This document shows positions 1-12,409 of a DNA stretch of 64,000 nt, piece after piece (position 1 is the stretch's first letter; each line of letters opens with the position of its first letter). Location of the stretch: positions 52,886,001-52,950,000 of the forward strand of contig NC_043015.1 in NCBI RefSeq assembly GCF_006345805.1, written 5' to 3'. This stretch comes from Octopus sinensis. Taxonomy: Eukaryota. The notes beneath the pieces were generated by a model. The model had not been told where the DNA came from. It made no database searches and was given only the letters and a program-made list of their open reading frames with translations. Both the position numbers and the translations under genes were made by a program.

Positions 1-160
1 ATATTATAATCAGTCACCGGGCACTATTATCATTTTTATTCTCTTACCATCATCATCATCATCAGCATCATTATTATTATATTTCAAAATTATTCATCCC
101 CAGCTCCTCACCTGTTTTGATCGTGTTTTCTCATTGTATTTATTATCATTATCCTTATTA

Positions 161-192
<32 letters not shown>

Positions 193-559
193 GTCATCAT
201 TTGCAAGTTAAGCGTTGTAAAAGTTATTGTTTCCTCTGACAAAAACAAGTCAATTGAGAAACATGTGATTGTGTTTTGTTGTGAAGAGTAAAAGTAGTTT
301 TTATTGTTGTTAATTGTCTTTTTTTCTATCATTTATATATTTTTCTATTACTCTATTTTGTCTTCCTTTCATTTATTCATATTTATACATTTATATATGG
401 TATGTTTTTTTTTTATTCCGTAGCTATTTTAAAATCATTTCGTCACTTAAATGGTTTTCGGTGTCACAACAAATAAAGGATATGCAACTTTAACAAGGGA
501 GATAATTACAGCTTACTCGTATTTCACACACACACAACCACCTATTCACGCACTTTCAC

Positions 560-617
560 CAGCTCTCTCTCTTTCGCTGTCTCACTCTATCTTTCTCTTT
601 TCCTTCTCTCTCGCTTT

Positions 618-650
<33 letters not shown>

Positions 651-865
651 TTGTAGCTTTCTTTCCTTCTCTCTCTCTCTCTTCTCTATGTAATCTACGT
701 GATCCATTTAAGCTACTTGACGCTTTCTTCCAATCTATTACATTCGCGCACGCTTTATTCCTACTCTTTCATTACACTCACGCTCAGACGCAGACTGACA
801 CATGCGCGCCGGCATGCACGCACGCACACATACGCACGCACGCACACACACACACACACACACAC

Positions 866-907
<42 letters not shown>

Positions 908-970
908 GTCATTTCCTCCTCTTTATCTGTCTATGAAATTCAAGTACTTTGCCGCTTTGCAGGTTTCTCT

Positions 971-1013
<43 letters not shown>

Positions 1014-1042
1014 CATACGTACGTACATACATACATACATAT

Positions 1043-1076
<34 letters not shown>

Positions 1077-1287
1077 GTGCGTGTGTGTGTGTGTATATTT
1101 ATATATATATATGTGTGTATATATATATTTTTATATATATGTTTATATACATATATCTACCTATATATATAGTATATATATATATTTATATATATATGTA
1201 TATATATATTTATATATATATAGTAAATATATATATGTGTGTGGTGTGTATGTATGTTTGTATATAAACATCTATCTATCTATCTAC

Positions 1288-1338
<51 letters not shown>

Positions 1339-1555
1339 TATATATATATACATATATATAGATATACACACATCTATCTATTTGTCTGTCTGTCTATCTG
1401 TGTCTCCTTCCTACTCTTTCTCCCTTCCCCCTCTCTGTTTCTAATACACAAACACGCACACAAACTCACAGACACACACACACACATACACACTCAATGA
1501 CTTAATACGCGAATAGGACTTCGTGGGAGACAAAATGAGATAAGGTGGCGAAGAA

Positions 1556-1586
<31 letters not shown>

Positions 1587-1670
1587 GAGAAGAAGAAGAA
1601 GAAGAAGAGAAGAAGAAGAAGAAGAAGAAGAAGAAGAAGAAGAAGAAGAAGAAGAAGGAGGAGGATGGCG
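560..1670. repeat. Compound microsatellite block (CT, CA, TATC, TA, GAA)
   Basis: Successive (CT)n, (CA)n, (TATC)n, (TA)n and (GAA)n runs; these explain the low-complexity ORFs here. Confidence 0.95.
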
Positions 1671-2539
1671 GCGAGGCCGAGGATGTGCCGTTACGTGAGA
1701 GACCGACCCACAGACGATGGTGATGAGAGAGTAAAGGATAGGGAGGAAAGACTGAGAGAGGGGGGTATCGGCGAAGAAGAAAGAAAAGGGGAAAAAACGG
1801 AAAAAGATAACTTGGGTATAAGATTTAGGGAAGGGGCCGAAAGAGGAAAGAACCACTGGGCAGTATGTATCTATATGTGTAATATAAACCAGTGCCCTGA
1901 CCTCGTAACATGCATTTAAGAGCTTCTATACCGACCGTTCTTGGCCAGCAAGGTATTTTCCAAGGCCGGACAAACATATGGAACTCCGCTATTGTATGAG
2001 ATTAATATAAGAATAATGTTACACGAGAATGGAAAATACCAGGCTTTGTACATATATATATACACAAACTTTACTTTAATCTCGAAACGTAGAAAAGGCA
2101 TTTAACTCCTATTTCTAAATTTAGTGCGTGGCGAAGCAGTTAGCTGACCCCTGATTATAATTACGTTTATAATTACAGAATATATATATATATATCACAT
2201 CACATCACATCATCACATCACATGACCGACCAGACCATCAGATGTTGTTACACATCGCTGGTCACAATTGTTTTAGCCTTCGAATGACGTCACCCCGCTG
2301 GCTAAGCGAGCAGGCCAATATATATATGGGTGTATGAAAAATTAAAAAAGAAAAAATAATAAATGAAACTGACTTTCATTGCCAGGCAAATTTTCAAGAT
2401 TTTGGAAGGGGAATAAATTTTTGTTTTAAATTGAGAAAGGGGAAAAAAGAAATTTACAATGTTTTTATCTCAAAAAAATAATAATAAATATATACAAAAA
2501 TTAATAAATAAGTATACCAATGCATTGTAGAGTCTTTAT

Positions 2540-3325
2540 GCTTTTAGAGTTCAATAATAGTTCTTGGAAAAACTTCTTTGGAGGATTAGGATGCATGTGT
2601 TTAAATGAAGTGTATATTTTGAAAGAGTGGGGTGATTGTGTGTCAATACAGGGAATGGGGTAGGAGTTATCCAGTTCCTGTGAGTAAGGGGAGACAATTC
2701 TGTGGATTTTATGCTCTTTAATTGGAATGATGGATTTTTTGTCAAACAGGATGCTTATATCAATTTTTTGTCAGATAGGATGCTAGAAAAAGGAGTATGG
2801 TCACTGTGGAGTTTGCATATTAAGACGAGTTTGGAATTTTTCAATAAAAAGGTTCTCCTTGTTGATTCTTTCTTGTGTAGAGATTCTGTCTTTACATTGG
2901 TAGAACGGGAATATGTGAAATTTGGGATTTTTATCTCTAGCGCAAGAGTCTATGTGGCTACTGAGTGGAATTTGACGGTATTGTGGGAAATTTATCTGTT
3001 CTTTATGGACTGCTAGTCTTCTGCGTAAGGGAAGGCTCGTTTGTCCAACATAATTGTGTTGGCAACCGGCGCATGTGAGAACGTAGATGAGGTTCCCGGA
3101 GGAACTAGAGAAGTTGGTCTTGATTTTAAACTTTGTTCCTTGTTTGAAAGTAAATTCAGAGCCTTCAAGTAAGAAGGAGCAGGTATCCCAGTTAGGGCGT
3201 ACACATTTTTTGACTGAGGGGTGGATGTGGTTGTGAAGTTTCGCATTTGTCAAGACTTTTTTCAAAGATTTATGTTGCCTTTGCAAAGGGAAGCCATTCT
3301 TCCCATCTAGAACCTGACATGATAC
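2540..3325 (-). mobile_element. Penelope-like retroelement, 3' fragment with GIY-YIG endonuclease
   Basis: ORF 2801..3367 contains NLIYVLTCAGCQHNYVGQTSLPLRRRLAVH (GIY-YIG motif), preceded by CVRPNWDTC and followed by HIDSC and KENLFIEKF, as in PLE endonucleases. No RT is present; the ORF start is borrowed from an adjacent repeat. Confidence 0.9.
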
Positions 3326-3955
3326 ACACGGACTCGAGTTATCTTTCGGGCGTTGACCGACGAACAATTAGCTAAGAATTTTCCGTTATTTATGTTTCTG
3401 TGAACTTATATGTATATATATATATATTATATATATATATGGGCTTGTAAAATAATTACTTTGCCGCATACTAACTCATTAGTATGCGGCAAAGTAATTA
3501 TTTACTAAGCCCTTTTATATAATGTAATAATTTGAATTCGCCTTGAATGGCCCTTTGCATACTGAACACTTGGTGAAATTGATTAATAATTAATTAATTT
3601 TGCCCTCAATTGTTGAAATTATATATATATGTATATACCCATACACGGAGTATCTTTTGGACGTTGACCGATGAGCAATTATCTAAGAATTTTCCGTTTG
3701 TTGTTTCTGTGAAATTATATCTAAACCTATATATATATACCCCACGCCACACACACGGAGTATCTTTTGGACGTTGACCGAAAAGCAATTAGCTAAGACT
3801 TTTCCGTTATTTATGTTTCTGTGAACTTATATGTATATATAATATATATATATGTATATACCCATACACGGAGTATCTTTTGGACGTTGACCGATGAGCA
3901 ATTATCTAAGAATTTTCCGTTTGTTGTTTCTGTGAAATTATATCTAAACCTATAT
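3325..3955. repeat. Four copies of a ~90-bp unit (cacacggagtatcttttggacgttgaccga...tttctgtgaa) in A-B-A-B order
   Basis: Copies near 3325, 3638, 3752 and 3860. Copies 2 and 4 read identically; copies 1 and 3 share diagnostic variants. Spacers are mainly TA-rich. Confidence 0.9.
3441..3512. repeat. Perfect hairpin/palindrome
   Basis: 25-bp perfect arms at 3450-3474 and 3479-3503 with loop CTCA, extended by gggctt/aagccc. Confidence 0.95.
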
Positions 3956-4033
3956 CTTTATATATAGACAGATGTAGTAACATAAGAATTCAGATAGAAT
4001 CTGCAATTATCATCGTCCGTTATTATTCATTCG

Positions 4034-4117
<84 letters not shown>

Positions 4118-4157
4118 TGGGAGTGTGTGTGGTGTGTGTGTATGTGGGTGTGTGTGT

Positions 4158-4392
4158 TTAGAACAGCGGACTCGCGGTCGAGGGATCGCGGATTCGAATC
4201 TCAGACCGGGCGATGTGTGTGTGTATGAACGAAACAGAAGGTAATGGCGAACTTCTGCTGACTCTTTCGCCACAACTTTCTCCTCCTGCATCTTGCAGCT
4301 CACCTGCGACGGACCGGCGTCCCGTCCAGTTGGAGAACCTATACGCCAAGGAAACTGGGAAACTGGTCCAATGAACCAGACATGGCTTGAGA
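4158..4392 (+). mobile_element. tRNA-Arg-like SINE, partial and internally deleted
   Basis: cagcggactcgcggtcg...ggattcgaatctc head shared with the copy at 46891; the 3' body differs. Confidence 0.75.
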
Positions 4393-4832
4393 AGGGACAA
4401 ACAACAAAACAATGTATGTATGTATGCATGCATACATCAAGACGGCAAATGGGATTTTTTAATGTAAACTCCAAGCCTGGAACCTTCCCAATGTCAGACC
4501 ATGAAGCTACATTTTGGTGAAGCTGCATGGGCCTATAATTTCAAGTTCATCTTATGTGTATACTTCTGCGTGCGTCTACACGTATATGTATGGGTATGAA
4601 TATGTGCGTATATATACAGGTGCGCTTGCATACGGTATATACACGGATGTGTGGATCTCGACCCTCCCATGGTGTCCTTAATATGAAAATACCTTGATTG
4701 AAACGAATGATTAATAACACTTTTATTTTATTGAATGATATCCAACACCTGAATACCCGTAATTACATGCTTCAAGATCCACTATTCCAGAATAAAAACA
4801 AGAAAAAGGAAAAGAATTATATATATTCGTGA

Positions 4833-5221
4833 AGGCATGGCTGTGTGTTAAGAAGCTCGCTTCCCAACTACGTGGTTCCGGGTTCAGTCCCACTGCCTGG
4901 CAAATGTCTTCGACTATAACTTCGAGCTGAACAAAGCCTTGTGAGTGGATTTGGCAGATGGAAGCTAAAAGAAGCCTGTTATGTGTGTGTGTGTGTTCTT
5001 TTACTTGTTTCAGCGATTTGACTGCGGCCATGCTAGATCACTGCCTTTAGTCGAACAAATCGACCCCAGGACTAATTCTTTGTAAGCCTAGTAATTATTC
5101 TGTTGGTCTCTTAGGCTGAACCGCTAAGTTACGCTAACACTAACCCTTACCGTAAACACATCAGCATCGGTGTCAAGCAATGGCGAGGGGAATAACACAG
5201 ACACATAAATACATACACCCA

Positions 5222-5295
<74 letters not shown>

Positions 5296-5449
5296 GACAG
5301 GCTTATTTCAGTTTCCGTCTACCAAATCCACTAACAAGGAGTTAGTTGGCCCGAGGCTATAGTAGAGGACACTTGCCCAAGGTGGTACACAGTGGGACTG
5401 AACCCGGAACCATATGGTTGGGAAGTAACACAACACAACCACTCCTGCA

Positions 5450-5485
<36 letters not shown>

Positions 5486-5735
5486 TGTATGTATGTATGT
5501 ATGTATGTATGTATGTGTGTGTGTGTGTCTGTGTGTGTCCATACTGCTTGACAACCAGTGTTGGTGTGTTTACGTCCCCGTAAATTAGTGTTTCAGCAAA
5601 AAAGATCGATAGAATAAGTAATAGGCTTACAAAGAATAAGTCCTGGGGTCGATTTGTTTGACTAAAACTCTTCAAGGTTGTGCTCCAGCATGGCCGCAAT
5701 AAAATTGCTGAAACAAGTATAAGAATAAAAGAATA
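4833..5735 (+). mobile_element. CORE-type tRNA-derived SINE split by a nested antisense copy
   Basis: 5' half (ggctgtgtg...gggttcagtcccactg) at 4833-4985 and 3' half (cttgacaacc...gctgaaacaag) at 5521-5735. Confidence 0.85.
4996..5448 (-). mobile_element. Full-length CORE-type SINE, same family, opposite strand
   Basis: Reverse complement runs from the head (gcaggagtggttgtgttg) through ccttgggcaagtgtc to the tail tgaaacaagtaaaagaa. Confidence 0.9.
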
Positions 5736-6559
5736 AGAGAATATATATGAATGATTGCAAAACGTATTCCTTAACCATTTTGTCCATCCCTATGTCCTAG
5801 ATATATTATGGTAGGGAACAACAACAAAAGCAACATCGTTGACAACAGACTTAACAAATTCTTTAACACTTTAGCTACAGTGCCAAAGCATCAATAACAT
5901 ACATGAAATTATCTAAACCTTTCTGATATTGTCAAGTCTGAGACCCCCTCTGGTTCTTCGATAGAAGGCTTTTAATTTTAAAGTCTTCATATTTACATTA
6001 CAATCTTTTCACCATTATTCTATATGAGAAGCTTTTGTTAAATTCTGTTTCCAAACATCAGCATAATAATGAATAAGTAAAAAGAAGTTTGATATTTCAC
6101 GAAAACCACCCAAATTCTTGGTTATTTTCAAAATTAATTGAAATACACAGCGAGTGTATTTCACCAAAAATAGGATTTTAACAAAGGAGTTAAAACTCGA
6201 AATGTTCAGAAAATATTGTAGCAACACCTTTCTATGCTGTTAAATATCAGTCATGAAAATTATGCTCCTACAATGAGGGAGAAGATGGCTTTGGAAATAG
6301 GAAATTCAAATAACTAAGTGAGAGATAGCAGCTAGCTGTCATAACCATAGGTGATACTCTGCCTTTCGTAGTGAGTAACTTTCTTTTCTGTACTTAGTGC
6401 AATGTACACACTTACACACACACGTCTTTATGTACGTATGTATATATGTAGGTGTGTATATTAGCAACATCGTTGTCATCATCATTGTCATCATCATTGT
6501 CATCATCATCGTCGTTGACGTCGTCGTCGTCATCTTTTAACCAATTCTGTTGGTTAAAG

Positions 6560-6860
6560 CAAAATGCCTCTCATTCATAGTGAAAGGCAAACAGTATGAT
6601 GCTTTTGTAAGAACTGTAATGCAATGCCGTAATAGCAGTGAGATGTCAGCCCTAAATCGAGAGGACCCACAAAGACTAAAAAAAAATGAGAGGGAAGCAA
6701 GCCTACTCTACTGGATGTGCATTGTGAGTGGAGTGTAAATGTTTTGAGAAAAAACTGGACAAAAATGTATCAGTGTTGAGTGCAAGAAAAATAAACAAGA
6801 TTAGTTTGAGCTGGGATGGATTGAGTCAGCTCTGACCAGTGAGTTCAATAAAACCGTCGC
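6560..6860 (+). pseudogene. Degenerate RTE-clade LINE RT C-terminal fragment
   Basis: KGKQYDAFVRTVM...NEREASLLYWMCIVS resembles the RTE motif KGRLYDACVRTAML..SETW...RNEASMLRWMCNVS (recalled from memory). Confidence 0.65.
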
Positions 6861-6904
6861 AAATGCTGACCACTTCCAAATTGAAAATTTGATAAGCGTA
6901 AAGA

Positions 6905-7380
6905 TAGACGAAATACTTATTTCTTTACTACCCACACGGGGACAAACAAAGAGAGGACAAACAAGGAAAGACAAACGGATTAAGTCGATTATATCGACCC
7001 CAGTGCGTAACTGGTACTTATTTAATCGACCACGAAGGGATGAAAGGCAAAGTCGACCTTGGCGGAATTTGAACTCAGAACGTAGCGGCAAACGAAATAC
7101 CGCTAAGCCTTTCTCCCAGCGTGCTAACGATTCTGCCAGCTCGCCGCCTTTAAATAATCTTTTCTACTCTAGTCGCAAGGCCCGAAATTTTTGGGTAGGG
7201 GACCAGCCGATTAGGTCGACCCCAGTACGCAACTGGTACTTAATTCATCGACCCTGAAAGGATGAAAGGATGAAAGGCAAAGTCGACCTCGACGGAATAG
7301 AAACTCAGAATGTAAAGACAGACGAAATACTGCTAATCATTTCGCCCGGTGTGCTAACAATTTTGCCAGCTCGCCGCCTT
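6905..7380 (-). mobile_element. Two tandem tRNA-derived SINEs with the gcctttcatcctttcggggtcgataaa core (Nin-like domain)
   Basis: Two copies (about 6917-7148 and 7160-7380) of ggcggcgagctggcag...gagttcaaattccgcc...gtaccag, carrying two different tails. Confidence 0.9.
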
Positions 7381-7845
7381 GGCCCACCTACATATAATAA
7401 CACACCAATGACTGAGATACTGAAAACATAATGTATGGACACTTTGTATGCACACAAAAGAAGCTGGGGGAAATACTATGTGTGTACACATTGTATGCAT
7501 ACAATTGGGTTGCTTATCCAATGTGCTTGTTGAGTCTACAACAAATACTTTCTCACTCTTTCTTCAGGCCATGCTGAGATGAGCTGGTTGGTTCAACAGG
7601 AAGTGACTACTCAGAACACAACATCAACCTCCAATGTTTGGTTCTGCTTTAGCATGGTTTCTACAGCTGGATGCCCTTTGTAATGTGAATCACTTTACAG
7701 AGTGTACTGGGTGCTTTTATTTCCACGGCAGCAGTAGTAGTGAGTCAGGTTAGTAACTGGCAAGACTTGAAAAGCTACCCCATCAGCTGAGGTGGAGTGA
7801 GAGTAGAGTAGAGGGAGCAACAGCTTACATTGAATACATGGTAGC

Positions 7846-7948
<103 letters not shown>

Positions 7949-7971
7949 GTGTATACACACACACACACACA

Positions 7972-8045
<74 letters not shown>

Positions 8046-8052
8046 TAGATAG

Positions 8053-8804
8053 ATATTGTCATCAAAAAAGGGGTAGAATTAATTAATTGTTAATAAATTC
8101 GACCAAGCAGTATTCGGTATGTAAAGACCATTTACGGTATATTTGAAGTATTAATTTATAAAAATATGGTAAAGTAAAAAAATTCACTTTACCACACACC
8201 GAACTTTTCAGAAATAGCAGCCAAAAATTTGGCTATTTCTTCAACTGCAAATAAAAGTCTCCAGACAATGCATACTCAGAAAATAACTCACATAGGTATA
8301 AGGGAAAAACAATGAAAGATCACATCCATATACGATACCCGAGGACAGTCTGTTTCTGGATTTGTGGGTAAAACGCCACTTTTCCTTCATCAGCTCAGAG
8401 ATTTCTTCTGATTTAGATTTGAAAATACTAAGAATCTAACATACCCGTCCGACATCTGTAACATCGGACAAACCATGCCAGACACCCAGTACTAGCGAAT
8501 CCAAAAATACGAATGAGATCTATTATTCTCCCTGTCCACCCACATGAGTCATAGAGCATTACATTTCTACAGAGGTAAAAACTGCAGTTCAAATTCTTGG
8601 AGATAAAGCATTATATTGTCATCAAAAAAAGGGGTAGAATTAATTAATTGTTAATAAATTCGACCAAGCAGTATTCGGTATGTAAAGACCATTTACGGTA
8701 TATTTGAAGTATTAATTTATAAAAATATGGTAAAGTAAAAAAATTCACTTTACCACACACCGAACTTTTCAGAAATAGCAGCCAAAAATTTGGCTATTTC
8801 TTCA
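8053..8804 (-). mobile_element. Partial tandem (about 1.3 copies) of a 560-bp unit containing a hammerhead; PLE pseudo-LTR or retrozyme-like
   Basis: A 190-bp direct repeat at 8053-8243 and 8613-8804, with a hammerhead motif between the copies. Confidence 0.75.
8339..8398 (-). ncRNA. Minimal type-I hammerhead ribozyme motif
   Basis: Reverse complement: CUGAG CUGAUGA aGGA..GUGG..CCAC..UCCa GAAA CAGACU GUC CUCGG. Stem I is 5 bp with one GU; stem III is ACAG-A-CUGU; the base of stem II has an A-A mismatch. Confidence 0.7.
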
Positions 8805-8837
8805 TTTTTTACCATATTTTTATAAATTTTTATAAAT

Positions 8838-8872
<35 letters not shown>

Positions 8873-8891
8873 TAGATAGATAGATAGATAG

Positions 8892-9255
8892 ATATAAAAT
8901 ACAGTGTACATTTAAACAAATTAAGAGGTTTCCATCATAGGAATCCTTTACGCAAGAAAGAACAGTTAGAGTCCAAACCACTAATTAGGGATAAATTCTC
9001 GAAGGGAATGGGAAATAAAAACATTTACCATCTCTTTCCTGGACCATGGTTTCTGACTTATTCTTTTCTACTCTAGGCACAAGGCCTAAGTCAGAAACCA
9101 TGGTCCGGGGAAGATATGGTAAATGTTTTTACTTTTCATTCCCTTCGAGAATTTATCCCTAATTAGTGGTTTGGCCTTTAGCTGTTCTTTCTAGCGCAAA
9201 GGATTCCTATGATGGAAACCTCTTAATGTGTTTAAATGTACACTGTATTTTATAT
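8892..9255. repeat. Long palindrome: 169-bp arms with a 26-nt SINE-tail spacer
   Basis: Arms 8892-9060 and 9087-9255, about 12 mismatches by manual count; spacer ttcttttctactctaggcacaaggcc. Confidence 0.95.
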
Positions 9256-9370
9256 GAATAGTATATAGTCTATGGACTAATTTTTCTATATGCTAGGCTA
9301 CTGGTAGTAAAAATTTCTAAAATCTTTATTACCCTGATATTATTAACTATATATATGATGATGATGATGA

Positions 9371-9412
<42 letters not shown>

Positions 9413-9680
9413 AGAAGGGAAGAGAAGCCTGGATGTTCATTGCTGGAATCTTTTAGATCATAGATCTGCTCAAACAGAGCCAAACATTGACTAAACAACA
9501 ATAACAACAACAAAAGCCATAAAGCAAACTTCTCTATTGTAAACAATTCAAATATGTTAACATCTTTTCTTGCAATGGGTTTCTTTTTCCTTGTGCATCT
9601 TCAATATTTTAAACATTGATTATTTAATAACATTTTCATGTAAAAGGACACCTCAATTCATTTAACACTGTTTTGGAAAA

Positions 9681-9733
<53 letters not shown>

Positions 9734-10104
9734 TTAATAATAATAATAATAATAATGATAATAATAATAATAATAACAATAATAATAATAATGTTAATAA
9801 TAATTATAATAAAAAACTGCATAACTGTTTAGAAGATGGGAAAAAAAATGTAAGAAGCAGAAATATAAAGAGGGGGTTGTGGAAAAAGGAAAAAAATAAT
9901 ATTTAATTGCCCAATTAAATCTTTTTTAGAAAAGAAGGTTTTTAAGATTTCTGTTTCTTGACTACCCACAGCAATATCTGATACACGCACTCACACACAC
10001 ACACACATATATATGCATGTGTATCTGTATATATCTGTATGTGTGTCTGTGTGTGTGTATATATATATATATATGTATAAGGGTGAAAAGGAACACACGA
10101 GTTG

Positions 10105-10686
10105 ATATATATGAAAAAACAAGTCAAAAATAGAAAATGCTAAAATAATTTTATAGTGAACATTTCAGTACTGGTTTCGGTCATTTTGAGACCTTTTCAA
10201 CTGTAACGATTAAATAATTAAATTTAGAAAAATTAGAAGAAAAGTTTTTTTAAAAGAATATTTCTATAGTAGTGTTCAGATTTAAGTGGCATTCTGCCTT
10301 TCTCTGACTCCCTTGTTTGCACTTGTGTGTCGGAGGTCGTTGTGAGTTCTTGGAAGGGTAGTAGAAGACGAAGGCTGGTGGGGAAAGGGGGATGGGAGAA
10401 TCTGGGAGTGCCCTGATGGTCGTATTTTGAATGGTCAGTGGCGGCTGGCAGTCTCAGTTCAATTCAGGAGAATATTTATATTGACAGGCTTGTTTATAGA
10501 ATTAGCGTAGGTGTTATACTAAAAAACATTAGAAATATTCTTTTAAAAAAACTTTTCTTCTAATTTTTCTAAATTTAATTATTTAATCGTTACAGTTGAA
10601 AAGGTCTCAAAATGACCGAAACCGGTACTGAAATGTTCACTATAAAATTATTTTAGCATTTTCTATTTTTGACTTGTTTTTTCATA

Positions 10687-10690
<4 letters not shown>
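10105..10690. mobile_element. Inverted-repeat element (~160-bp near-identical arms, 263-bp spacer), probably a PLE inverted pseudo-LTR
   Basis: Arms 10105-10266 and 10530-10690, each carrying a hammerhead-like motif. A single related arm lies at about 32820-32990. Confidence 0.8.
10593..10630 (+). ncRNA. Minimal hammerhead motif, U3-A8 core variant
   Basis: CAG UUGAAAA GGUC ucaaaau GACC GAAA CCGGUA CUG, with palindromic stem III ACCGGU. An antisense copy at 10166-10203 has one stem-III change. Confidence 0.65.
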
Positions 10691-10717
<27 letters not shown>

Positions 10718-10740
10718 ATGTATATATATATATGTATATA

Positions 10741-11677
10741 TGTATATTAGTCATTTTAATGTCTATTATTTAGCATTTTTCAGTGTTATTGGTGGTTTCA
10801 ATGAGGGTTTTAACTCCTCTTTCTAGTAGGTAGGCACCTTGTGTGCACTTATGATTGATACATATATGCATATATATTGAAAATGTATATATTTGTATGT
10901 AATTGTATGACAAGCAAACTCATGAAGCCTTGCATATTTTTCATAGGCCAAGGTGTGGCTGTGTGGTAAGAAGCTTGCTTCCCAACCACATGGTTCCGGG
11001 TCCATTCCCACTGCATGGCACTTTTGACAAGTGTCTTTTGCTATAACCTTGGGCAGGCCTAAACCCTGCGAGTGGATTTGGTAGGCAGAAACTGAAAGAA
11101 GCCCGTTGTATACATATATATATATGTGTATATATATGTTTGTGTGCCTGTGTTAGTCCCCCCCAACATCACTTCACAACCGATGTTGGTGTGTTTACGC
11201 CCTCGTAACTTAGCAAAAGACGTTGATAAAACATGTACTAGGCTTACAAAGAATAAGTCCTGGGGACGATTTGTTCGGCTAAAAGGCAGTGCCCTAGTAT
11301 GGCTGCAATCAAATGACTGAAGCAAGTAACTGAATGTATGTATGAATTAAATTAAGCTGGTGTGTGTGGAAGTGAAGCCTTATGGCAGGGACATAAGAGA
11401 TGACATGCACAGGAAGGAATATAAATATTACACAGATGGTAGTCAAACCACACAGCCACGCCTGAGCCTATGAAATATATGCAAGGCTTATCGAGTTTGC
11501 TTGTCATACAATTACATACAAATATATACATTTTCAATATATGTGCATATATATATATATCAATCATAAGTGCACACAAGGTGCCTACCTGCTAGAAAGA
11601 GGAGTTAAAACCCTCATTTAAACCACCAATAACACTGAAAATTTCTAAATAATAGACATTAAAACGACTAATATACA
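10741..11677. repeat. Inverted duplication (~230-bp arms) enclosing a CORE-type SINE
   Basis: 10741-10967 is the reverse complement of 11447-11677 with a few differences. The SINE lies at about 10950-11330 (+). Confidence 0.9.
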
Positions 11678-11931
11678 TATACATATACATACATACATAC
11701 ACACAGGCTTGGCTGAACATCGGTCACGTGGACAGAGAGGAGAGAGGCAGTGGGATACACAACCAGTATTGTATGACAATTGGCTCTGGGTACTTACTTA
11801 GATGAGCATTTGGTGACAAGAAGGGCACCTGGATGTAGAAAATGCACCTGAATGAGGTCAGCCTGACCCATGCAACTATGTGTATGTTAAAATGAGAACA
11901 AAAACAAACCGCACACACGAACACACACACA

Positions 11932-11969
<38 letters not shown>

Positions 11970-12409
11970 ACACACACACACACACACAAATATGATAGCA
12001 TTTAGAAGCAATCAAATACATATATCAACATCATCATTATCACCTTTATCATTATCATTACTATGTCAAAACACACACTTACACACACACACACACGCAC
12101 ACGCACATGTGCGCACACACACACACACACTTGCACATTACACTGAGATGCATCTAATTAAAAATTCCTCAGGAGATAAAATTTCCAAATCAAATACATT
12201 CTTTTGTCTCATATAACTGGAAATAGTAGAAACACATGTTTCGCTCTCTGCTCTGAAGACATACGCAGTTAAGGATCTGTGTTTGTGGAACCACAACAGA
12301 CATATTGAAATAAGAGGAACCATAGAGGAATTCTTTGAAGAGTGACTGAGCAACAAAAATTTTTTTAAATACATATAAAAAATGTTGAATAAAATAACGA
12401 TAAAAATGA

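Noticed and set aside
3325-3955. Repeat-spacer array resembling CRISPR
   Set aside because: The repeats are ~90 bp and non-identical, and the spacers are mainly TA microsatellite of unequal length.
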